A stretch of DNA of 64,000 bases from Clostridia bacterium (GTDB lineage: Bacteria; Bacillota; Clostridia; RGIG7378), in contig JAFYSJ010000026.1 of NCBI GenBank assembly GCA_017559445.1, positions 1,908 to 65,907 of the forward strand, given 5' to 3'. The notes below the pieces were generated by a model, which did not search any database, was not told the origin of the DNA, and saw nothing but the letters and a program-made list of their open reading frames with translations. The stretch's first letter is position 1. Every line of letters starts with the position of its first letter. Below are positions 19,647 to 27,872 of this stretch, one piece after another. A program made the translations under genes and the position numbers.

Positions 19647-20732
19647 CTATTTAGACGACAAAACTTCGATGTGTGACAAGGGAGCCTGCATAATATTCCA
19701 AGAAAGAGCCGCTCCAGTGCAACCATTTTTGCCAATTACATCGAGACATTCCCTCACATACTGGGGAGAAGTCTTAACTAGCTCTGGATGGTGGTTGATC
19801 TCTATGCCAGCGTATACGTGGCAGGGAAGATTGCTAAGTGCCTTAAGCTGGTCATCTAAGAAATTTGCATCCATTTGGATGGCTTCGTAGCCCTGTGCCT
19901 TTGGAGCGGAACTTTTAAGCAAGTAGTACTCATAACCTAATCCGGCGGGGGCAAGGGTTCTTCGGTACAGCATGGGCTTAACAAAATCTGCATGCTGGGC
20001 AAGGAGGTTATAGTCCTGTCCCACGAATCTGGACATAAGGGGCGCAAATGTGTCTAAACCAACTTCTAGACCAAGATCCTTAAAATGCTTGCAAAGTTCG
20101 CCTACACCCTGGTCAATAATCTTGCATTTTGAATTAAAGAAATTTTCGGTGATTTCGTGGGCAAAGGAGCCGTTTGGCAACTTATCAAAGAAGTTATCTT
20201 CTAATGTTTCGTATGCCTTTCTCACATCATCTAAGGAAACGCCATTTTCAAAATGCTTTTCTGCGCATCTTGGGCAACCACAGCTTAACACGCCAGAAAC
20301 ACCTCCACCAAAGGAGTGGGTTCTGATTCTGTCCATAAAGACTCCATCAAAACCAGAGGTGGAGAAGTATTTGTGGTACATCTCTTTAACTAAATCAATG
20401 TTGTCTGGAGAGGAAGGGCAGCAGAAATCGAATGTTTCGCCGCTTTGCACTAGGGAAGGAGCGATATCTTTTCCCCAAAGGGCAACAGCCTTGTGGATTG
20501 AACCAAATTCTGCAGTATCTGAGAAAACAGGGAGCCAAAGGACCATTTTGGTGCCGTACTTTGACAAGAACTCCTTGAGTCTAAGGTACATATCCTCATT
20601 GGGGTACCAGCCCAGCATGAGCTTGTCCACGGAAATGAGCTCAAAAACTTGGCTTAGTCTGGCGATTATATCTTGTGCCTCGTACTCCTGGTGGAAACGA
20701 CTGCCTGTAGATAATTGCACTGTGTACTGCAT
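19647..20732 (-). CDS. Hypothetical protein, possible glycoside hydrolase-like TIM barrel with Cys cluster
   Basis: FCCPSSP, FDGVFMDRIR, SCGCPRC, GQDY...DFVKPMLY motifs recall GHL-type barrels; GGAGG RBS. Confidence 0.5.
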   Translation of the reverse strand: MQYTVQLSTGSRFHQEYEAQDIIARLSQVFELISVDKLMLGWYPNEDMYLRLKEFLSKYGTKMVLWLPVFSDTAEFGSIHKAVALWGKDIAPSLVQSGETFDFCCPSSPDNIDLVKEMYHKYFSTSGFDGVFMDRIRTHSFGGGVSGVLSCGCPRCAEKHFENGVSLDDVRKAYETLEDNFFDKLPNGSFAHEITENFFNSKCKIIDQGVGELCKHFKDLGLEVGLDTFAPLMSRFVGQDYNLLAQHADFVKPMLYRRTLAPAGLGYEYYLLKSSAPKAQGYEAIQMDANFLDDQLKALSNLPCHVYAGIEINHHPELVKTSPQYVRECLDVIGKNGCTGAALSWNIMQAPLSHIEVLSSK

Positions 20733-20881
20733 ATATCCTCCCGAAGAATAGGTGATACGAACATGGTAAAACTATAGCGATGGGATGTCAAATGTTAAGT
20801 GGAACGCCTAAGGCGGGTGAGTTGATTAAAAGTTTATATGTAATATAATGAAAAAAAGACCGGCGTTCGGGGGAACAAGCT

Positions 20882-22057
20882 ATGTATAGAAATTTCATTT
20901 GCTACAGAGGCGGATCTTCTGCAGGAATACATTATGCTAACGATATATATGTACACTTAAATCAAATCAAGGATAAAGTTGGGGTTACATATTATTCTCC
21001 AGAAAAGGAGTTTGCAGGAGAAGTTCGAAATTTTTTGTTAGATCCAGCAAAATATCTTGGAAATGTAGAAAACTTCATTATGTTATTAACAAGAGATTTC
21101 TTTGATGGATTCATTGTGGATGGCAGGCCCAATCCAGAGTCGGTTACGAGAATAGAGATAGATGAAATTCTAAAAAATGATAACGTAAAAATTATACCTG
21201 TTGTATTTCCAGATTTCTCATGGGCAGACACCACCAAGGGTAAATCAAATCAAGACATATTGACAGAGCTTTGGGGTGAGGAAGCCATGAATAGAATTGT
21301 TGGTTCGCCTCCAATTCCCTATGTTTTTCAATATAGAAATCAAGTAACGCAGCTGGTAGCAGATGAATTGACAGCTAAGAGTAGTAGCAAAAGGGTTGTA
21401 GTATTCGATTTTGATGGCACATTAACTAAACCAAGAGTAGATGCGAATACATGGGAGTTGTTATGGGAGAGCCTTGGATATGATGTATCGGAGTGTGAAA
21501 AGTATCACAGGCAGTTTAGTAGAGGCGAAATTTCTCATGAGGAATGGTGTGAAATAACAGAAAAGAAATTTAAGGAAGCAGGCTGTAGCAAGAAGAATCT
21601 TAAGGAAACAGCATTTAAAGCAGAACTTGTGGATGACGTGTTTGAAGTCATTAGGGAGCTTAGGTCAAAGGGAATATTATTGTATATATTGTCCGGTTCC
21701 ATTAAGCAGTACATAGAACTTGTATTGGGCAAGGAGATGAGCTCGTGTTTTGTGGAGATAAAGGCCAACAGGATGACCTTTGATGATCAGGGAATGTTAG
21801 ATGGAATTATTGGTACGCCCTATGATTTTGAGGGGAAGGCCAAATTTGTAAATAAAATAATTGGCGAAAAACAGGTGTCTCCCAAGGATATCATCTACGT
21901 TGGCAATTCCTTTAATGATGAGTTCGTATATACTACTGGAGTTGAAACCTTGTGCATCAATCCAAGGGGCACAGATTACTATAACAACAAGGTTTGGCAT
22001 AATTATATACGAAGATTAACAAGCTTGAAGGAAATTCTGCCTTATATTTATTCATAA
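20882..22057 (+). CDS. TIR-like domain fused to HAD-family phosphatase
   Basis: N-terminal FICYR (betaA), ESVTRIEI (alphaC Glu), IIPV; C-terminal FDFDGTLT, LSGS, GKAK, VGNSFND HAD motifs; own promoter (TTGATT 20822, TATAAT 20844). Confidence 0.7.
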   Translation: MYRNFICYRGGSSAGIHYANDIYVHLNQIKDKVGVTYYSPEKEFAGEVRNFLLDPAKYLGNVENFIMLLTRDFFDGFIVDGRPNPESVTRIEIDEILKNDNVKIIPVVFPDFSWADTTKGKSNQDILTELWGEEAMNRIVGSPPIPYVFQYRNQVTQLVADELTAKSSSKRVVVFDFDGTLTKPRVDANTWELLWESLGYDVSECEKYHRQFSRGEISHEEWCEITEKKFKEAGCSKKNLKETAFKAELVDDVFEVIRELRSKGILLYILSGSIKQYIELVLGKEMSSCFVEIKANRMTFDDQGMLDGIIGTPYDFEGKAKFVNKIIGEKQVSPKDIIYVGNSFNDEFVYTTGVETLCINPRGTDYYNNKVWHNYIRRLTSLKEILPYIYS

Positions 22058-22059
22058 AG

Positions 22060-22086
22060 AAGGGTACCCTATGATGGGTGCCTTTT
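22060..22086 (+). terminator. Intrinsic terminator
   Basis: AAGGGTACCC-TATGAT-GGGTGCCTTTT. Confidence 0.65.
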
Positions 22087-22136
22087 ATGTTTTGTACAGA
22101 ATGATAAAAGAATAACTTAAACTGGCGCAACAGCGT

Positions 22137-22443
22137 GGTTCACTAGCGCAGCGGCCACTAGCACCAACGGTGCGGCTCACTAACGAGCTTTGCTCGTGGT
22201 TCACTAGCGTAGCGGCCACTAGCAACGCAGTTGCGGCTCACTAACGAGCTTTGCTCGTGGTTCACTAGCCGAAGGCGGCCTACTAGCGCGATAGCGCGGC
22301 CACTAGCACCAACGGTGCGGTTCACTAGGCGCAGCCGGTTCACTAGCGTAGCGACCACTAGCAACGCAGTTGCGGCTCACTAACGAGCTTTGCTCGTGGT
22401 TCACTAGCGCAGCGGCCACTAGCACCAACGGTGCGGCTCACTA
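22137..22443 (-). repeat. Modular linker/mini-hairpin array 2 (15 modules, reverse orientation)
   Basis: GG(C/T)TCACTA and GGCCACTA linkers (reverse complement of TAGTG..) with the same hairpin set as array 1 plus GGCGCAGCC and GCGCGATAGCGC. Confidence 0.95.
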
Positions 22444-22516
22444 AATTAACTCCTTAACTAAGTCGAACTAATTTGATATAATCCCTTACATATAAACAGA
22501 AAGGAACAAAATACAC

Positions 22517-24586
22517 ATGAGTGACATGAACAAAAAGTATGAGGCTCTGTTTACACCCTGGAAGGTTGGCAATGTGGAGATTAAGAACCGCATTGTTATG
22601 TGCCCCATGGGAGGAACATCCCTTTTTGGTTGGTTTGAGCTTGGTGGCTGTCATTTTGACAAGGAGGCTGCTAAGCTGTTTTTGGAGAGAGCTAACAACA
22701 ACGTTGGCCTTATTATTCCTGGTATCGCTCCACTTAGAGACACATTCTGGGGCAAGTGGCTTTGGCAGAACCCTAAGATGTTCGATGAGCTCAAGGAGTT
22801 CATGGACGAGATTCACAAGACAGGAGCTAAGCTCTTTGTTCAGCTGACAGCTGGTATGGGTCGTTCTTGGGCTATTACAGAGCTTGTTGCACCACTTCAC
22901 AAGAACAAGGTTACACGTGCACTTCTCAAGCCTATTTTGGATACAAACCATGAGCTTGCTTGTCCAAGTCCACAGCCTTCTCGTTGGGCACATGACATTA
23001 TCTGTCCAGAGATGACAGTAGAGCAGATTCACGAGATTATCGAGGCATTTGCTAAGACAGCTAAGCTTTGTATGGATGCTGGTGTAGATGGCGTTGAGGT
23101 TCACGCTGTTCACGAGGGCTATTTGCTTGACCAGTTTGCCATCGAATTCTTTAACAAGAGACAGGACGAGTATGGCGGATCCTTCGAAAACCGCTACCGC
23201 TTTGCAGCAGAGGTTGTAAAGGCTATTAAGGCAGAGTGTGGTCAGGATTATCCCGTTTCCCTTAGATATTCCGTAGAGTCCAAGATGAAGGGCTTCTGCG
23301 AGGGCGCAATGCCAGGTGAGGACTACGTAGAAGTAGGCCGTAACATGGAGGAGTCCGAAAAGGCAGCTAAGTACTTGCAGGATGCAGGTTACGATATGCT
23401 CAACGCAGATAACGGAACATATGACTCCTGGTACTGGGCACATCCACCGATGTATATGCCAGAGAACTGCAACTTGGACGATGTTGCACACATTAAGAAG
23501 TTCGTAGATATTCCTGTAGTTTGTGCAGGTAGAATGGACGCAGAGGTAGGCGCTCAGGCAGTTGCTGAGGGCAGAATCGACGGCGTTGGTGTTGCTCGTC
23601 AGTTCTTGGTAGATCCAGAGTGGATTACTAAGCTTATCGAGGACAGAATCGAAGATATTAAGCCATGTATTTGCTGCCACAGCGGATGCTTTAACTTCTC
23701 TTCCTCCAGAGGACATGCTAATACTCAGGATTTGACAGATACAATGGGTCTTGCACGTTGTGCTCTTAACCCCAAGACAATGCAGTCCAAGAAGTACAAC
23801 CTTAAGCCTGCTAAGAAGGTTAAGAAGGTTGCTATCGTTGGCGGTGGTATTGGTGGTATGGAGGCAGCACTTGTTTGTGCACAGAGAGGCCATACAGTTA
23901 CACTTTACGAAAAGTCTGGTGAGCTTGGTGGCGTTTTCGTAGCAGCTGCAGCACCTTCCTTCAAGGAAAAGGATAGAGCCCTTATTGCATGGTATATCCG
24001 TCAGCTTTCCTTGTACCCAATCGAGGTAAAACTTAATACAGAAGTTACAGATATTAACGCTTTGGATGCAGATGAAATCATCATCGCAACAGGCGCAAAG
24101 GCAAGGAGAATTCCAGTTAAGGGCGCAGAGACAGCTATTGAGGCTGTAGATTACTTGCTTGGAAAGGCTCCAGTAGGAGATAAGGTTACAATTATCGGCG
24201 GTGGTCTTACAGGTTGTGAGATTGCTTATGACTTGTTCTTGCAGGGCAAGCATCCTTCCATCGTAGAAATGCAGGATGACCTTATTACAACTCCCGGTAT
24301 TTGTTTGGCTAACACAAGCTACTTGAGAGATTGCTTTAAGACAAACAATGTTCCAGTTCACCTTGAGACAGCTTTGGTTGAAATTTGCGACGGTTACGTA
24401 ACAGTTAGAAACAAGGATGGAGAGACATTCCAGATTCCTTCCGACAACGTAATCCTTTCCGTTGGTTACAACCCAGCACCTTTGGCACCTAAGGCTAAGA
24501 ACGTTCACGTAATCGGCGACGCTAACAAGGTTGGCAACCTCAGAACAGTTATTTGGGGCGCTTGGGACGTTTGCATGAAGATCTAG
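22517..24586 (+). CDS. NADH:flavin oxidoreductase (OYE barrel, 4Fe-4S, FAD/NAD domain), 2-enoate reductase-like
   Basis: KNRIVMCPM, GVEVHAVHEGYLLDQF, DEYGGSFENR, CICCHSGC, GGGIGGMEAA, GGGLTGCE. Confidence 0.9.
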   Translation: MSDMNKKYEALFTPWKVGNVEIKNRIVMCPMGGTSLFGWFELGGCHFDKEAAKLFLERANNNVGLIIPGIAPLRDTFWGKWLWQNPKMFDELKEFMDEIHKTGAKLFVQLTAGMGRSWAITELVAPLHKNKVTRALLKPILDTNHELACPSPQPSRWAHDIICPEMTVEQIHEIIEAFAKTAKLCMDAGVDGVEVHAVHEGYLLDQFAIEFFNKRQDEYGGSFENRYRFAAEVVKAIKAECGQDYPVSLRYSVESKMKGFCEGAMPGEDYVEVGRNMEESEKAAKYLQDAGYDMLNADNGTYDSWYWAHPPMYMPENCNLDDVAHIKKFVDIPVVCAGRMDAEVGAQAVAEGRIDGVGVARQFLVDPEWITKLIEDRIEDIKPCICCHSGCFNFSSSRGHANTQDLTDTMGLARCALNPKTMQSKKYNLKPAKKVKKVAIVGGGIGGMEAALVCAQRGHTVTLYEKSGELGGVFVAAAAPSFKEKDRALIAWYIRQLSLYPIEVKLNTEVTDINALDADEIIIATGAKARRIPVKGAETAIEAVDYLLGKAPVGDKVTIIGGGLTGCEIAYDLFLQGKHPSIVEMQDDLITTPGICLANTSYLRDCFKTNNVPVHLETALVEICDGYVTVRNKDGETFQIPSDNVILSVGYNPAPLAPKAKNVHVIGDANKVGNLRTVIWGAWDVCMKI

Positions 24587-24597
24587 GAGGAAAGCGT

Positions 24598-25872
24598 ATG
24601 ATTCTTACTAAGGAACAGGAAGCCATCTTAAATGGTCAGCAGGGAGAAACAATGGCCAAGGTTATGAAGACTTTGGTTATGTACGGCGATGCCTTTGAGG
24701 CAGAAAAGCTGGTTCCCATTACATCTAAGTACAATCACTTGGTTACATCCTTTGGACTTAAGGTTATGTCTCCAGTTTATGACCTTATGCAGCAGCTCCT
24801 TGAGGCAGGCGTTGCATCTGGCCAGAAGTTCTCTGTAGACCCAAGACCTGTGGACAAGAATGTGCCAGCAAACTTCTTGCAGAGATTCGTATTTAACAAT
24901 TTCATGTACACAAAGCAGGATTTCTATGAGGAGCAGCTCAAAAAGTTGGGCCTTATGAACGACCAGGCTTTCACATGTACATGTTACATGGATCAGGTAG
25001 GTAACAAGCCTCAGAAGGGCGAGTACCTCTCCTGGGCAGAGTCCAGTGCTGTTGTATATGCTAACTCAGTTTTGGGTGCAAGATGTAACAGAAACTCTGG
25101 AATCATCGACATTATGGGCTCCATTGTGGGCTACGTTCCATACTTTGGACTTTTGACAGACGAGGGTCGTAAGGCTACTTGGATTGTTAAGGTTGAGACA
25201 ACCAAAAAGCCTGAGGCTCAGCTCCTTGGTTCTGCCATCGGAATGAAGGTTATGGAGGATGTTCCATACGTTGTTGGTTTGGACAAGTGGATTGGCACAG
25301 AGCTTAACGACAGCGCATGTTCTTACCTTAAGGACTTTGGTGCAGCCACAGCATCTAACGGTGCAGTTGGTCTTTACCACATTGCAAACTTGACTCCAGA
25401 GGCAGTTGAGCAGGGTGAGTCCATTATTGCAGAGGGTGCTAAGGTTTACGTTATCGACGACGCAGAGCTTGAGAGAGTTCAGAATGAGTACCCAGTAATG
25501 TGGAAGAATCCCGATGCTCAGCCTAAGCTTTGCTTTGTTGGATGCCCACACCTTTCTTTGGAGCAGCTTAAGGATTGGACAGTTAAGCTTGAGGAAAGCC
25601 TTAAGGCTAACGGCGTTTCCAAGGTAACTATCCCCACAGTATTTACTGCAGCTCCTAAGGTTTTGGAGGCATTTAATGCCACAGAATATGCAGAGAGACT
25701 TAAGGCAACAGGTGTTATTACATCCTATATTTGCCCACTTATGTACATGAACAACCCACTTTGCAAGGGCATGCCTGTAATCACATCCTCTAACAAGCTC
25801 CGCACATATACCACAGCTAGGTATTATACAGACGGAGAATTGTTGGCCATGATCACAAAGGGAGGTAAGTAA
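24598..25872 (+). CDS. Aconitase X catalytic subunit (DUF521)
   Basis: TCTCY, WAESSAVVYANSVLGARCNR, GCPHLS motifs; ATG at 24598 after AGGAGG. Confidence 0.85.
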   Translation: MILTKEQEAILNGQQGETMAKVMKTLVMYGDAFEAEKLVPITSKYNHLVTSFGLKVMSPVYDLMQQLLEAGVASGQKFSVDPRPVDKNVPANFLQRFVFNNFMYTKQDFYEEQLKKLGLMNDQAFTCTCYMDQVGNKPQKGEYLSWAESSAVVYANSVLGARCNRNSGIIDIMGSIVGYVPYFGLLTDEGRKATWIVKVETTKKPEAQLLGSAIGMKVMEDVPYVVGLDKWIGTELNDSACSYLKDFGAATASNGAVGLYHIANLTPEAVEQGESIIAEGAKVYVIDDAELERVQNEYPVMWKNPDAQPKLCFVGCPHLSLEQLKDWTVKLEESLKANGVSKVTIPTVFTAAPKVLEAFNATEYAERLKATGVITSYICPLMYMNNPLCKGMPVITSSNKLRTYTTARYYTDGELLAMITKGGK

Positions 25873-25873
25873 G

Positions 25874-26320
25874 ATGAAACAGTTTCAGGGTAGAGTTGTT
25901 ACTCCAGGTACAGTGACTGCAGAGGCAGTAGTTTCCACTGAGGGTTTCAATACATTGGCTTCCTTCCAGATGGCACTTCAGTTTGGTGACAAGGAAGTTA
26001 AGTGTGGTGACCAGAACAACAAGGATCTCCACGGTAAGCCCATGATCGGCAAGGCACTTTGTTTGCCACAGACCATCGGTTCCACCACAGGAGGTTTGGT
26101 TCTTTATTGCGCATGTGCAATGGAGAAAAATCCAGCATGTATGCTCTTTGCAAACCATATCGACTCCTTGGCTGCAGCAGGTGCAATCCTGGCAGACGTT
26201 TGGGTAGATGGCGTGTCCATGCCAGTAGTTGATTCTCTTGGCGATGAGTTCTTGGCATATGTTAAGGATGGCATGAAGATCACAGTTGGAGAAAATGGAT
26301 TAGTCACAGTTGAGGACTAA
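25874..26320 (+). CDS. Aconitase X swivel subunit (DUF126)
   Basis: DLHGKPMIGKALCLPQTIGSTTGG, AAGAILA, GMKITV; directly after the DUF521 gene. Confidence 0.85.
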   Translation: MKQFQGRVVTPGTVTAEAVVSTEGFNTLASFQMALQFGDKEVKCGDQNNKDLHGKPMIGKALCLPQTIGSTTGGLVLYCACAMEKNPACMLFANHIDSLAAAGAILADVWVDGVSMPVVDSLGDEFLAYVKDGMKITVGENGLVTVED

Positions 26321-26337
26321 AAGTTAAGGTTAAATTT

Positions 26338-26370
26338 AGAGGCTTGTCGTGAATGACGGGCCTCTTTTTT
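26338..26370 (+). terminator. Intrinsic terminator
   Basis: AGAGGCTTGTC...GACGGGCCTCTTTTTT. Confidence 0.7.
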
Positions 26371-26563
26371 GATGTAGAAAATGGTGATTTTTCCTTGATA
26401 AGTATATTTATTAAGATTAACCAAAAAGTTTTTTTATAAAAATACAATTTTGGAAGAAATTTTTTGTAAAAAACACTTGAAAAAATCCCGTAAAAAGTAG
26501 ACAATGTAGCGTGAAGAAATTTGTTTATTAGACAAAAATTCTAAGGAAAGAAGCGCTATAAAT

Positions 26564-27763
26564 ATGGCAAACAATGAAAGAAGAGTCGGTACAGTATCTA
26601 GAGGTATTCGTTGCCCCATTATTAGAGAGGGAGACGATCTCGCAACAATAGTTTCTAACAGCGTGTTAGAGGCTGCATCCTATGAGGGTTTTGAGCTTAG
26701 AGACAGAGATGTTATTTCTGTAACAGAGTCTATCGTAGCTAGAGCCCAGGGCAACTACGCATCTGTTGATGATATTGCAAATGATGTTAGAGCCAAGCTT
26801 GGTGGTGGCACAGTTGGTGTTATCTTCCCAATCCTTTCTCGTAACCGTTTCGCAATTTGTCTTCGCGGTATTGCTAAGGGAGTGGACAAGGTTGTCCTCA
26901 TGTTGAATTATCCTTCTGACGAAGTAGGTAATGAGCTTGTTAGCTTGGATAAGTTGGACGCAGCTGGTGTTAACCCATATTCTGACGTTCTTTCAGAGGC
27001 AAAGTACAGAGAGCTCTTTGGTGTAAATAAGCACGAGTTCACAGGCGTAGATTACGTTGAGTACTATGGTAACCTCATTCGTGAGGCAGGCGCAGACGTA
27101 GAGATCGTTTTCGCTAACCAGCCTAAGGCTATTTTGCAGTATACAGATAAGGTAATTAACTGCTCTATCCACACAAGAGTACGTACTAAGCGTATCCTTA
27201 TGGATAACGGAGCTAAGATTGTACTTAACTTGGACGAGATTCTTAACCAGCCAGTTAACGGCAGCGGTTGCAACGAGAAGTATGGTCTCCTTGGTTCCAA
27301 CAAGGCTACAGAGGACACAGTTAAGTTGTTCCCTAGAGAGTGCAAGCCATTGGTATTGGACATTCAGGCACAGATTCTTGCTGCTACAGGCAAGCACGTT
27401 GAGGTTATGGTATACGGCGACGGTGCTTTCAAGGATCCTCAGGGTAAGATTTGGGAGCTTGCAGACCCAGTTGTTTCTCCAGCATTTACAGACGGTCTTG
27501 TAGGTACACCTAACGAGCTTAAGCTCAAGTATTTGGCAGACAACGATTTCAAGGATCTCTCCGGTGAGGAGCTCAAGGCAGCTATTTCCAAGAGCATCAA
27601 GGAGAAGGAGGGTAACCTCGTAGGTAACATGGCTTCTCAGGGTACAACACCTCGTCAGCTTACAGATCTTATCGGTTCTCTCTGCGATCTTACATCTGGT
27701 TCTGGAGACAAGGGTACTCCTGTTGTTCTCGTTCAGGGTTACTTCGATAACTACACAAACTGA
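26564..27763 (+). CDS. Coenzyme F420-0:gamma-glutamyl ligase (CofE)-like protein
   Basis: PIIREGDDL, TESIVARAQG, DLIGSLCDLTSGSGDKGTPVVLVQGY; codon usage suggests high expression. Confidence 0.8.
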   Translation: MANNERRVGTVSRGIRCPIIREGDDLATIVSNSVLEAASYEGFELRDRDVISVTESIVARAQGNYASVDDIANDVRAKLGGGTVGVIFPILSRNRFAICLRGIAKGVDKVVLMLNYPSDEVGNELVSLDKLDAAGVNPYSDVLSEAKYRELFGVNKHEFTGVDYVEYYGNLIREAGADVEIVFANQPKAILQYTDKVINCSIHTRVRTKRILMDNGAKIVLNLDEILNQPVNGSGCNEKYGLLGSNKATEDTVKLFPRECKPLVLDIQAQILAATGKHVEVMVYGDGAFKDPQGKIWELADPVVSPAFTDGLVGTPNELKLKYLADNDFKDLSGEELKAAISKSIKEKEGNLVGNMASQGTTPRQLTDLIGSLCDLTSGSGDKGTPVVLVQGYFDNYTN

Positions 27764-27786
27764 TTTTGATTTAACTAAGACCTGGA

Positions 27787-27823
27787 TAAATGTCAGGTCT
27801 TTTTATTTTGCTTAGAAACCTAT
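27787..27823 (+). repeat. 37-bp direct repeat, left copy (includes terminator 3' arm)
   Basis: TAAATGTCAGGTCTTTTTATTTTGCTTAGAAACCTAT, 35/37 identical to 29481-29517. Confidence 0.9.
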
Positions 27824-27872
27824 GGCTGTATAAAAAAGGAGAGACATCATATGATATCTCTCTTTAGATAAG

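Noticed and set aside
22158-22364. Short ORFs over the arrays (also 19223-19408)
   Set aside because: They are low-complexity translations of the repeat units (LVSR/ASS), lack an RBS, and unit lengths do not keep frame.
19320-22443. Hairpin arrays as CRISPR arrays
   Set aside because: The constant part is only 8-9 bp, the variable parts are 7-15 bp, palindromic and reused, and no cas genes are in the window.
22454-24508. 684-aa antisense ORF opposite the ene-reductase
   Set aside because: Shadow frame caused by strong codon bias in the real gene; no recognisable motifs.
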